The notes under the pieces: model-generated
Databases searched by the model: none
The model's input: the letters and a program-made list of their open reading frames with translations, nothing else
What the model was told of the DNA's origin: nothing
In this document: positions 1 to 12,497 of the stretch, in pieces
Position numbering within the stretch: the stretch's first letter is position 1
Layout of the letters: every line of letters begins with the position of its first letter
Translations under genes and position numbers: made by a program
Source of the DNA: Pseudovirgaria hyperparasitica
Taxonomy: Eukaryota
Strand: one strand, 5' to 3'
Length of the DNA stretch: 64,000 bases
Assembly (NCBI GenBank): GCA_010093815.1
Contig: ML996569.1

Positions 1-333
1 TTGGACATCAAAAGAGGAACTACTTCTTGATCCAGTAATTCCAACACTTGCCTGTCGCTGTATACAAACATCTGCCCGAGAAGCAGAATATGAATCGTGT
101 AAAATGGAGCACAATTTAAGATTATAGACAAGTCCGACCCGAACTCCGGACCCCACGCTACGGTTTGAATTGTTGGTATTTGCGTGGCTCACATCTCATT
201 TAACTTTACAACCCCGCATAGCACCAACACTAGCCAAATGATCAATAAGCAATTTGTAACACTGCTCAGAGATATACTGGATTACTATTTATCACTCTGT
301 ATCCCGTTCTTTTGATGCATCGATTGACTTACA

Positions 334-1992
334 ATGGCCAGCAACAGCTTTCTCGCCATTGTTTCACTTATCCTCAGCGTGGGAATTACCAGATATAATT
401 CGCAGACCACTTTCCGATGGTCGACACTATGGGTGTTTCTAGTGACATACGCTCTTTTGAGCGGATCGAGATGGCTGTATAGGGTCGTAATCTACCCGCT
501 ATTCCTAAGTCCGCTCAGGAATCTGCCCTCGCCTCCTGTAGGTATTTCCACCCGGATGCTGACCAGAAAAATAACAGTGTTTTAGGGAGCACACCCCCTT
601 ATGGGACATGCTTTACAACTACTGCCCCATCCCTTGGGTCTACCATTCATCAAATGGATGGAAAGCATTCCAAATGATGGCCTCTTGTACTATAAGATGG
701 CCTGGAACACGCCTCGGATCATGACGACATCTGTAAAAGCCGCGAGTGAGGTACAGACCACGAAATCCTACGATTTCATCCGGCCGCAAAACTCTCGAGA
801 TTTCTTGGCGCCTATACTGGGCATAGGAGTGCTTCTCGCAGAAGGAGAGGAGCACAAGCGTCAGCGGAAGGCTTTGATGCCCGCGTTTCATTACCGGCAT
901 ATCAAGGATCTCTATCCAGTGTTCTGGGAGCATTCGAAAAGGATGGCGGATGCTATGGCCATTGACATGAAAGAGTCCCAGAGCAAGGTCTTGGTTTCAG
1001 ACTGGGTGACTCGCGCAACTCTCGACATCATTGGCGCTGCAGGATTTGGTCAGAGCTTCAATGCAATCGACGAACCACAAGGCGAACTCCATCAAGTATA
1101 CAAGAATGTGTTCTCCCCAAAGCCAATGTCAGTACAGCTTCACCATATCCGTCAGTTTATCCCCACAAACCTGCTTCGAATGCTGCCTATGAAACGCAAC
1201 ACCGATACCGCTGCTGCGATTCGTGTGATTCGAAGAACCGCACGCAATATCATCCGCTCAAAGCAGATTAAGCTGGGGGACAAAGAGCAGCCTGGCAACG
1301 ACATCATATCGGTCGCTCTTGACTCGGGTGGTTTCAGCGAAGAAGATCTCGTCAATCAACTCATGACTTTCCTTGCAGCTGGTCACGAGACAACCGCAAC
1401 TGCCATGATGTTCGCGACGTGGCTCCTATGTCGACATCCGAATGTGCAACAACGTCTCAGGGATGAAATTCGTGAAAAGATCCCATCTTCGCTTCTCCAG
1501 GACACAAGCAAGGCTACTGCCACGGTGTTCGACAACATGCCGTATCTCAATGCCGTCTGCAACGAGGTACTACGCATATATCCGCCCGTACCTTTTGCCA
1601 TGCGCGAAACTACAAAAGATACAACTATCGCCGGGTCGTTTATCCCCAAGGGTGTTGTGATTATCCTGCCCATCTGGGCCTTCAACCAGAACAAAGAGCT
1701 CTGGGGCCAAGACGCAGGAGATTTCAACCCCGACCGATGGATGGCCGCTGGACAAGCGAATAGCGGTGGTGCAGAGAGTAACTATGCATCTATGACATTT
1801 TTGCACGGGCCACGGAGCTGCATCGGACAAGCGTTTGCAAAGGCCGAGTTTCAGTGTCTGCTGGCGAGCCTTGTTGGTAGATTCGACATGCTGCCTGTGC
1901 CTGGCGATGACACTTTGCAGATTATAGCAGAGTTGACAAATAAGCCAAAGGGTGGGACATGGGCTCTTCTGACCGAGCTGAAGGGGTGGTGA
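334..1992 (+). CDS. Cytochrome P450 (2 exons; intron ~538-585)
   Basis: N-terminal TM anchor followed by PLRNLPSP; I-helix AGHETTA, EVLR (ExxR), PDRW, heme motif FLHGPRSCIG; the GT..AG intron joins ORFs 334-585 and 601-1992 in frame. Confidence 0.95.
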
Positions 1993-2519
1993 GATGCCTG
2001 CATGCCATTGTGTTATAATATGATGGTTGTAATATTATACTTCAAATTACCGTTTTCCACGCAGACATGTTTGGATACCATTCATGTACTGCGAGCTTCC
2101 CTGCCAAGCTGAAGCTTTCCAGACGACCATTATTCCTAATGTCCCTCCTAACTCAATGTTATCTCAACTTCCGCCTATCGACTATGCTTACCCTTGAGAG
2201 ATACAAAGCTATTAGTATTGGACCCCTGACAGAGATGAGGTTGCTAGCATGATACACTTCTGTCATAGTCGTAAGACTATGGTTGGTAGTACTTTTCATT
2301 TAAGTGCGTCATATAAGTGTAATCTTACTGTGTACTCTGTAATTGGGCTGATATATGGCGTAGGCAGACCTGTAGGTTTCGTGATGGGTTGATGGCAGTC
2401 GAGAAGAGCCTGGCTGGTAAAGCTCCTATCTCAAACAACATTCTTCAGTGATGCATCACAACAACCATACCCACCCGCAAGATCCCCACAACTCACGTCC
2501 TAGTACTGTTTCAACCCGC

Positions 2520-3653
2520 TCACGAAACAACAGCCAGATCATCTTTAAACTCCGCAAACAAAGCCGGCAAGAAAGTACCCAGATGCGTCATCTCCACCGC
2601 ACAATGCGTACTCAGATCCCTTGCCAACTGCTCCGGTTTCATGACCACATTGACAAGCGCCTTCAGTCCCGGTCCCACCCAGAACCTCGATCGAATCTCC
2701 TTACCACCACCCACTGGTTTCCTCCTTACCTGATGTGCCAGGATAATATCAAACGGTGTAAGTCCTGCGCGGGCTTCCGATGCGGGATCTTGATCGTTGT
2801 ACGCGAATAGTCGTACAAAGCCCGTGACTATCGTCTCGATGCCGGTAGCGCTGTTCTCGAGTTCAAAGTGTTGCATGCGTGGATCGAAGAAGCCGATGGA
2901 GATCTTGTAGGCTGTGGCGCCGATGTATTCGTCGATGAAGGAGGTGAGGTTCCAGTAGCGCGAGCGGTAGTCGGACTGTAATAGTGAGGTGGTCATTGAA
3001 TATGTGTATGTATGTCTGGGGAGATTAAGCTTACTTTTGCAGCATTACCAGCAAGTTCCGCTTTGTTGACGGCAGCGTATTGGTGGGCGTGCGGGTGCCA
3101 GAGCTTATATTTGGTCGTGTCGTTGACGTGCCATGAGAACCAAAAGTCGTATCTGGGCATAGGTGAGAGGAGGATGCTTTGATGTTGGTGAGAGGTCTTA
3201 CTGTTCGCCGGTGAATGTCTCCGGGACGTCGCTGCGGATCGCCATGTATAGTGATCCGTCCTTAAGAGTCGTGAAGCCATTCTCTAATGGCAGGTAGCCT
3301 GGTTGGCTCAATGCTGCGCCGGCATCTGAGAATTCAACGCCTGATTCAGCAGGGAATGGCGAGTTCTTCCGGGTTATATTAGCATGGGATAGATGAAGAG
3401 GGAGGTCAAGGAGCGTAAGTACCGCCAATCCCTCTGTGAACTCCTTGTTGAGTGCTACCTCGGAGTCATTAAAGTACTTCGACCAAGGGTGATCGAAGTC
3501 ATCTCCTCGATAGCCTAGATAGTAATGGTTGGCGTCAGGATCAACATTCGGGTCATTGAACGTTAAAGGTGTCAGAGCATCTCTGATATCAAATGCTTGC
3601 GTCTTGGCCAATGCAAGCGCCAGGGTGATTGATGCGGCATATGAGACGTGCAT
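2520..3653 (-). CDS. Secreted PhlG-like (2,4-diacetylphloroglucinol/phloretin C-C hydrolase family) protein, multi-exon
   Basis: Signal peptide MHVSYAASITLALALAKTQA; family-typical segments GYLPLENG, YDFWFSWH, YKLWHPHAH, SFIDEYIG, RSRFWVG, HCAVEMTHLGTFLP spread over ORFs 3198-3653, 2993-3280 and 2520-2996. Confidence 0.8.
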
Positions 3654-5721
3654 TATGGATTTTCTTTGACAATTAAAGGATTTGCTTCGGTCTATCTCCT
3701 AGAACTTCCACACACCTTATATCATGGTTTACCCCACAATGTTTATGTTGCGCTAGTCGGGTTCTTCCGCCGCCCGTTGTAGCCGTTGTAGGAACCGTTC
3801 CGGTGTACCGAGGCCGAGAACCAGAACGTGATATTAGAGCACTAATTCAGCCATATGGTGTTGCATTGCGGTCTCTTATTAGTATGGTATAGTACAAGAG
3901 TGCTAACCAACTTCATTTAAGATGTACACCGCTAGACATATGTCTAGACACATGATATTTTCACCTCAGGTTTGTATACCGATTGCTCCATTCATGTGAT
4001 AATATTCGACGCTTACCTGTTAAGGGATGTTAAATTCATTTTAACACTACTCTAGCCTTAGGTACCACAGCAAGCTATTTATAGGACACTTGACCTAGAC
4101 ATGTTTACATTTACCTTTGTTTCTACCTTGACTGTATGATTTTTGATAGGTAAATCATTAGTATATCATATATTCCTGTTAGGTAATGCGCAATCTACAT
4201 CTCCTATATTATCATGACTTAGATATAGAATAAAGGTATAGCTACTAAGTAGACCTTTTCTTATGAGTTCTGACTCACTTATATCATTTCAGGCAATCAC
4301 GGAGATCAATGACGCAATCTCATAGACTCTGTGAGATTGATTAGGGCCATACCTGTTCAACGAACGAGTAGGTCGACGGATTCCACTCAATTAGCGCAAA
4401 AAGACAGGCTGAGAATGCGAGTTGGGCGCATGTCTCAAGCACGTACCATTCACCTCACGGCCACAACGCCTTGTGAAGTGCATATTATGGTGGCACTCTA
4501 TTTACCGGCTGACCATTACCACGCCAACACCCATGGTTGAACACGCGGAACATTCTTTCGAATAGTCCCACTCCAACGGCTTGTTGAATCCGCGGAGTGT
4601 CGCCAACACAAAAGACATGGCGGGTAGGCTGCTATGTCTTTTGCACAGCCATGGTCGAAACAAAGCTGTCTACCTGATGCCTTTTAGGTTGGTCTCCTTT
4701 GTATCAACAATGCTAGTCTCAGGGCACGGACGCTCGAAACAAGTTTTCTACCTCATGGCTTGCCCTTTGGCCACTGTTGTAACAAGAATTCGGGCCCCAG
4801 TGCCCGGTTCAACCTTGGATCTGCATTTCTTGAATGCAAGCCTAGCCACTTCCAAAAAGTATAAGATATCTGGCTCATGGAGCGCTATTTTGATAGTTCG
4901 AAGACCCAGTCCTCATTCATGGGCACATTATCTCCCTGTTCTGGAATACTGTGATTTCGTCATCTGTCCAGCTTTCAAGATCACTGTTGTACCTCTGTCC
5001 ACTATATCTGACCCTTATCAAGGTCACTGGGACATTAGCAACGTAAACGACCAGCCTGGCCCTGGAGCAGTTGCGTTCGCATGCTTTGCCTGGGATCAAT
5101 TAGAGAAGAATAGTGAGACGCTTCAGGGCGTGGATGATAAGCTTGATAGTAAACTAAACGCAACTCAAGAGGCGAATGAAAAGGCAGACCAGGAAGCAAA
5201 GCAAGCTTTTCGTGTGGTGTTCTCTATTCTTACACTAGGAGCGGGGGGCTCGGAACGGCCCTGAGTGGGTCTGAACTTCATTCATTCTGTAGGGCTGAAC
5301 AACTTATATTTGACTTTTGGCATACTTTCAAGTTTCGTGCAGCTCCGAAATAGTTCTATGTCACCCACTGTAAGAACTAGTAATACCCAGTGTGCATAGC
5401 ATCTTGGCTAGTGCTATAACTCGAGAACTCTGTCTCCTGCGCACTCGTATGAACTAACCCACAGCTTGATACCAAGTCTGATAGCCTAGTCATGCTTTCG
5501 CAGATGTGCATTGCATATGCTGCAGTGTGGCACAGCGACAGGCCGGAACATCCACGTGCACGTCCCTTGCTTGACCTCCGGAACTTGTAGACCTCAACTC
5601 TCTTCTAGGTTCCTCCCCTCCCTCTCCTCTTCTCATTTCCCATATTTGATCCTCAAGACAGCTCCTCAAACTGAAAAAGTCCACTCTCAAGCTCTCAGCA
5701 AACGAGCTCACCTCTTCTACA

Positions 5722-7282
5722 ATGGACTGCCACAAGCCCAGCACACTGCTGAGTGAGACGGAGTGTGCAGGATGGCTCAACGTAGTAATCCAGAAGCGCC
5801 AACAGATGCTTGCCTGGGTCACAAGCCTCCATCCGCAGAAGCTCGCGTGCGAGTCAGACGGCAACCTCTTTTATGGCTCATACAACTTTCGCCAGAAGGT
5901 GACGTTTAGCGACGGCACGAGCTGGGTGGTGCGCTTCCCTCTGTTCGGGAATAACGCCCTTCGATACACCGACGAAAAGGTGGCCATGGAAGTCGAGATG
6001 ATGACGTTTATCCGCGAGAAGACTACGATCCCGGTGCCGCGGATCAGGCATTGGGGTCTTTCGAGGGCGAATCCGCTGGGGGTAGGCCCGTTTATTATTA
6101 TGGATTATATCGAGGGCGTGTCTCTTACTAGCTTTCTGATTAAACGTGATCCTGAGTTACAGTTCAGCCATGTTCGGGAGGATGTCGATGATGAGACCCT
6201 CGAGACCCTCTATAGACAGTTTGCGAATATTCTCCTCCAGCTTTTCCAGCACGACTTTGAAAGGATCGGTAGCCTGCCAGCGTTGAAGACTGGCTTTGAT
6301 GTCCCGATTCGCCCGCTAACATTCAAGGCACATGACATTCTACAAGCAGGAGGGGTGAGCACTTTCGGTAAGGCGCCCAGTCTTTTTCTATCCCTTTACT
6401 ATTATATCGACTTACCAGACACGATCAAGGTGACCGAAGCAAGGGCTTCGCCACAACAACAGAGTACTTCCAGTATGTGCTCTCGCAAGACTGGGAACAG
6501 CTCATCAAGCAGCGGAACTCGGTCAAAGGCAATGACACTGCTAGAACGAAATACGAATCGCTTAGCGCGCCTTACGGACATTGCTCCCAAGTCTCATCCA
6601 CCCAGACTACGATCGCGGCCCGTTCAAGATCATCTGCGACGACCTCAGCCTCGCGAACGTGATTGTAAGAAGCGAGGACGACCTCACCATCGTCGGGATA
6701 GTCGACCTCGAATGGTCGTATATTGGACCAGCACAACTGTTCGGCTCGGCGCCATGGTGGCTTCTCGGGAGACGACTCGTCGACGTAGATACCCGCTACG
6801 ACGAGGACCACCCCGAGACGACCGCTCGGTATCTGAAGTACCTCGAAATCTTCAAGCGTGTCCTCGGCGAGGAAGAGGCTCGAATGCCGGGCTATGATCG
6901 AAGAAATGAGCTTTCGAAACTCGTACAGTGGTCTGAAAGCTCGGGGGCAATGTGGCTCCATATGCTCCTCTCCGTCGGCTTCAACCACCCTAAAAACCTC
7001 CCATGCGTGCAGCTGGAACAGCATATCGGCAGTAAGAAGTGGGGTGCTCTCCTTCAGCAATCCGCCGGTCCAGAAATGGATGTATTCGTCGAGGAGAAGG
7101 TAGTCCAGTTAGCCCAGTACGAGAGGGACGAGAAAAAAGCGCTGAAGTTGAAAGATGGTTTTTATGCTCGCAAAATATCGATGGTGTCATTTCTTGCTAC
7201 AGTTGCGGCGCTGGAAGGATGGGATCTCACAAGCAGATTTGATCCGGTGCCTGACAACATTGAAGTTGTTAAGGATATCTAG
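5722..7282 (+). pseudogene. Aminoglycoside phosphotransferase (APH)/protein-kinase-like gene with a 2-nt frameshift
   Basis: GSYN, WVVRFP, EVEMM..IREKTTIPVPRI, GPFIIMDYIEG, CDDLSLANVIV, GIVDLEW; intron 6368-6429; the frame changes at the GCGCGC run ~6565-6570. Confidence 0.75.
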
Positions 7283-7654
7283 GGGCACGGCGACGTCGTG
7301 GTATGGCGCTTGGTAATGCACTTGAAGGATGCCACTAACCCTCCACCCCCTTGTTTCTCGTCCATTTCTTGTGGACGGTGATAATATCACCACGATTTTC
7401 TCATTCCATGCAGGAAGACGAAGTGCATAAGCAGTGAACACACTACTTACATCCAGCAACGACCAGTAGTCCTAGACACTACATATATACCATTACGCTA
7501 CGCTCGAGCATCGTACATATCCCCTAAGAATTGTGCTGCAACCAATCACAAAGACTCTCATGATATACAATGCAGGCACCAGGCACTCAGTGTGGAGTCG
7601 CCTCATATGCACATAATAGCCCTCTGCAATGGAGATACGGAATACCACACATGG

Positions 7655-7655
<1 letters not shown>

Positions 7656-7750
<95 letters not shown>

Positions 7751-7760
7751 NNNNNNNNNN

Positions 7761-7855
<95 letters not shown>
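7656..7855. repeat. (CA)n microsatellite containing a 10-N assembly gap (7751-7760)
   Basis: Pure AC dinucleotide run seen directly; true length unknown because of the gap. Confidence 0.99.
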
Positions 7856-7856
<1 letters not shown>

Positions 7857-7865
7857 TCCCAAGAA

Positions 7866-7935
7866 CATATCCCTATAACCTATCCCTATAACCTATCCCC
7901 ATAACCTATCCCTATATCCCATAACCCATTCCCAT
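7866..7935 (+). repeat. Short ~14-bp tandem repeat (CCTATAACCTATCC-like), degenerating rightwards
   Basis: ccctataacctat ccctataacctat ccccataacctat ccctata... seen directly. Confidence 0.8.
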
Positions 7936-9358
7936 ATGATCCTCTAAGCCACCCCAAGGCACATGCCATAGCTACCTGCTCCTCGCCCATACAAGCCGAT
8001 TGAGCCCTGGGCAGGACAATATACAGGCACGACACACTACTATATCATTGAATATTTACCTTTGGTAAGAGATATAGCTGCCCTCCATGTAATGAATGGA
8101 TAGAGAGAATGAAAGTCGGTCTTTCAATCTTATATCTATACATACGCAGCTACTAATAGAAGACTTGGCCGTTCTTGAGATTCAAACTCTGTCTCTAAAA
8201 TCAAACCATCTACTTCAACTATCTACTCTAAATACATACTTATTAAAGTCCTCCTTATGAAGTTATGCTTGCTTTACTATGATATAACTCTTAAACTAAA
8301 ACCAAAACCATATGATCCTTGGACCTAGTCGAACTATATTCAAAACGAGTTCAAACCCTTCTATACCTTAAGTATCTTTGTACTTATAATAGTCTAGTCT
8401 CTAACACCATGATAGTCTATCTATTAATATATATATACTATGCTACATTAGCCCCCCGTAGTCAGACTCCGGCACATCCAATCCGATTCTATCCATGCAA
8501 GCTCGATCTAGTCAAGTATCCCAACAGAGAACACAACCTCAATCTACACCTCAAGAATGACTACCAAGACGGTAAAATCCCAATCTAATTAGTTCTATTC
8601 CTTATATCAGAGTAAATATGATGGTCCGTAGCAAGCGGATACTTTCTCCCGACGGAGACGTAACACCAGGCTCTATATATAGCCAAATTAGTCGATTCCT
8701 GCAAGGTTCTGGTGCTTAAGGGTGCTCGGCGAGGTTCGGACGTCGAGTCTAGCCAGTAACACGAATTAGGTGGATATGTCAAATATTATTTATATCCATA
8801 GGTTATCACATATTTTTCTTTCCTATTTGAGGAACCTTGATCATTATCTCGCCATGTCTGTTCTTGGTTCACTTCAATTTAACGCAAGCAATCTTAGTCT
8901 CTTACTTACTGTAGATTCCAAGTTCTCACACACACATATATATCTCCAAAGCCACGGATAAATATAAATATAAAGCCCCTGTCTGTAACCACCGTCCCTC
9001 CCCCAATGAGGCAACACAGTGTCCACCACCCACACCCACCCAGCACCACACAACAAGCACACAGCCCATCCACCACCGATCCACACACAGATGCTCACTC
9101 CTGCAACGCAGACGGACATAGACTAGACACCCATAGCGATTAAGTATGTTTAGATGATGAAGAGTGCCTACCTATTATCTCCACCTCTATAAACTATTCC
9201 TCCGTAGCCACATACTAGCCTGTCGCTAGCTTGTCCATCGCCGCCACAAATCGCCCTATCATCGGATCCTTACTAGCTGCTTCTCTAATCTCTGGGAGCA
9301 ACTCGATTTTTGGCACAGCAGGTTTACCTGGCGTCTGTTGTGACTGTCCGAATACGAG

Positions 9359-10659
9359 CTATTGCGGTTGCTGATACGGCTTGGCAGGTGTCTCTGCGAA
9401 AGCACCCATCACTGCAGCCAGATCACCTTCACTTCTAGATTCCTCGCTAGCCTGTAGCACGCCCTTGCCCTTCTCCTCACTCGGCTGCACGACCTGCCTG
9501 CCATGCCATGACTTCATCAACTCGGCCATATTCTTGCGCAGGCCGTACTGCGCCCACTCGGTCCAGGCTCTCAGTTTCATGCTCACGTACCTGCTCACAC
9601 CAGGCAAGAACAGCGTGCGGCTGCGGCCGGCGAGTACGGCTTTGACAATCTCCTCGGCGACGGTCTCGGGATAGAGCGGGTAGTTGACAAAAGGGTCGCC
9701 CTGCTTGAAGCCCTGGAAGAGGGCGGTGCGGGTGTAGCCCTGTGCGACGAGCACGGTGCGGACCTTGGGGGCTTTGTATACGGTTGCGAGTTCGGCAGAG
9801 AGGCCCTCGTGGAAGGCGACGGCGGCGGCTTTGCTGCCGGCGTAGTCGACCATGTTGGGGGCGGTGACGAAGCCGGCGAGGCTGGCCACTGTCACGATCA
9901 TGCCGTGGTTGCGCTGCACCATAGACGGGAGGAGGGCCTGGGTGAGGTAGAAGTGGGCGAAGGTGTTGACGCGGAAGGTCAGGTTGAGGTCGCGCTCGGA
10001 GGTCTCGAGGATGCATTTGCCAAAGGCCACGCCGGCGTTGTTGATGAGAATGGTGGGTTCGCCGAGGGTGGATCGGATGGTGGCTGTTACGGAGGTGATG
10101 GAGTCGGGGGAGGCGAGGTCGCATTTAAAGAAGGAGACTGTGGCTGGAGCTGGGTTTCAAAGTTAGCTATGCGAGGAGTGACAGGAGGTCTGGTGCTCAC
10201 GGTCATATTTGAGGTCTTGGATGTCGAGAACTGCGACCTTGATGCCTCTCTCCGCAAGAAGCTTTACGACATGTGCTCCAATGCCATCACTGCCGCCAGT
10301 CACTACGACAACCTCCTTCTTCCAGTCGTATACATCGTTGCTCCAGTTGTTTGTGACACCGGCGTCGAGGAAGCTGTTAACGTAGCGGAATGCGCCGAGG
10401 ATGAGCAGTGTGCGTAGAGCTTTGAAGCCTCTTTCAGCGTTCAGATTCTTGGCCACGAGAGCTGATCCTTGATTTGTGTATGCGGCAGCAAGCCATAGTG
10501 GGAGAGTGATGAAGGGATTGAGGGCTGTGCGACTGATCAATCGCCCGACAGTATCGAGTGTGACACCTGAAGCTGTCAGAACTTGCACTCTTTTGTGGTA
10601 ATAGTTGCTCTCGAAGGCTTACCTTCACGATTGAGTTGGTAAGGACTTCGGAGAGGCAT
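9359..10659 (-). CDS. Membrane-associated short-chain dehydrogenase/reductase (retinol-dehydrogenase/17beta-HSD-like)
   Basis: TGGSDGIG Rossmann motif, INNAGV, YAGSK catalytic YxxxK; short first exon MPLRSPYQLNRE at 10659 spliced to GVTLDTVGRL. Confidence 0.9.
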
Positions 10660-11379
10660 GTTGACTTGAAGCTCTTGGAAGCTCTACCGTCCGTCGTATG
10701 TGATCCCAACGATCACGCTTGATAGCGTGTGAGAGACTAATTCGGAGGAATTACTCAGGGCGAACGGAGAACGTAAGCGGGGTTCTGTTTACGCGAGCTG
10801 TGAATGGGCGCGAGGGTGGTGAGAAGAGGACGGATGAGGATGAGAGAAGCTCCCCAAAGCCCGCAGCTTTAAGGCGTGAGTACCCATACTGCTCCCTGTC
10901 CCGTGGCACAGCTCCGGTAACGAGCATCATTCCCCGCACGCATCGCTTCTTTTGGTGTTGCGGGCACAAATGACGCTTTGGTCGGGGCTGGAGACTAAAA
11001 TGAATAGTTGCAAGGAATAGTGTTTGCGGGGATCCAGGATTACTGACTCGGTGTGACGTGGTTTACCGAGGGCTTTTAGCGCCAGAAGAGGAAAACTCGT
11101 GTGGAGCACTCAGTACCACGTATGTGATATGGATGAAATAAAATCAGTCGAGGACACGTATTCATGATTGGAGCATCAGCGACGTTGGTCATCGTGGAGC
11201 GTGGAAGATAGGTAGTCGGTCGAAGCCGATCCAATGCGTCTATATACAGCGGCATGAGTCGCCGTCTTTCGTTCTATCTTAGGTATATTCCAACGCCTGT
11301 CGCAATGTGAGAGAGGAGAGAGCCTCGATCCCTTGACCGATCCAACAACGCCATGTGTAAAATACAAAATATGGGACTT

Positions 11380-12497
11380 TTAGATGACATCCTTACGTTC
11401 CCAGCCCGTGGACTGCAGATGCTCGATGCCCTTGGTAGGATGCGGCTTGTTGACGTCCTTGTATGTGCTGGCATACGGGTTCGGATCATTCTTCTGATCC
11501 AGGTTGCCCAGAGTGTGATTAACCTCGCGATGCTTTGCTTCGTCCGCACGGACATAGAGCAACAAATCGCGCATCGTCCTACTGCCTTCGGGCATATTCC
11601 AGTACTTGACAGCAATCTCGGGAGCTTGCATCTTGCCCCAATTCGGCAGTGTCCCGTTGTCAATATCTTCAATCTCGCGAGTGTATGTAATCACTGCCTC
11701 TTCCTCGAGGTATCCCACAAATCGATGGCATATCCGAGGCGAGAGGATGTATGCAGCGAAGAAGGCGTTGAAGAACACACCCTGTGCTCCCAGCACCATC
11801 AACCGCATGAACCAGCCCGGCTCAGCCATCTTGAGGAATGTGAGCAGATGCATGCGCTCGTTGTAGGATTCTTCTAGCAATGTCTCCATCCAACCGTTGT
11901 CGCGCTTCATGCGTCGCATGCTGTGTAGATGTCGCATCATGCCGGCAACCATGCCCGGAACGCCGGCAACGGACTCGAGGAAGATGTTTCGAATGAGGTA
12001 TTTGCGCTCCGTCATGCCGTATTTCTGGCGAGCTGTGAGGGGATCCAGTTTTGCCAGCTCTTTGGCGGAAGCATGACGATATCCAGAGGCGATATCGAGA
12101 CCTGTTCGCAGAACTGATATGATCAGCTCCGACTCTGCAACTGTAATAGAACCCAAAACATACCTTTGACGGCCAGTAAGGCGATCTTGTCAGCCCAGTC
12201 CCGTGTCTCGCGGTGTGCGATCTGGACCTTCAACATGTCATCCTTGGCGTAGATTGGATGTTCCCACGCTGGAGGAGTCTCTCTGATGTCCCTCGTTTCA
12301 GTCTGGGGGAAAAACTCCTTTATATTACGAGTCGGCGTCGTAGTGAAACCGCGCCGAGAGGTCCATTGCTGCTGCTGTGGGGATACAGACGCAGAACGAA
12401 ATCCTACCACGGTAGCATTGCAGGCTTTGAGGAGGGTCGAAGTGGTGTTTGGTGCCGCAAGTGTACGGCAAGTTGTGACAGCCCGAGTGGATATCAT
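11380..12497 (-). CDS. aox: Mitochondrial alternative oxidase
   Basis: Mitochondrial presequence-like N-terminus; [26 protein letters not shown] and RADEAKH di-iron motifs; one intron ~12112-12162. Confidence 0.97.

Noticed and set aside
4331..5264. ORFs of 69 and 227 aa
   Set aside because: Non-ATG starts and no recognisable domain; the 3' part may be a gene fragment but I cannot support a call
7493..7904. ORFs encoding poly-(CV) or poly-(HT)
   Set aside because: Artefacts of translating the (CA)n microsatellite across an N gap
7866..7935. Possible interstitial telomeric repeat
   Set aside because: The unit is CCTATAACCTATCC-like, not CCCTAA
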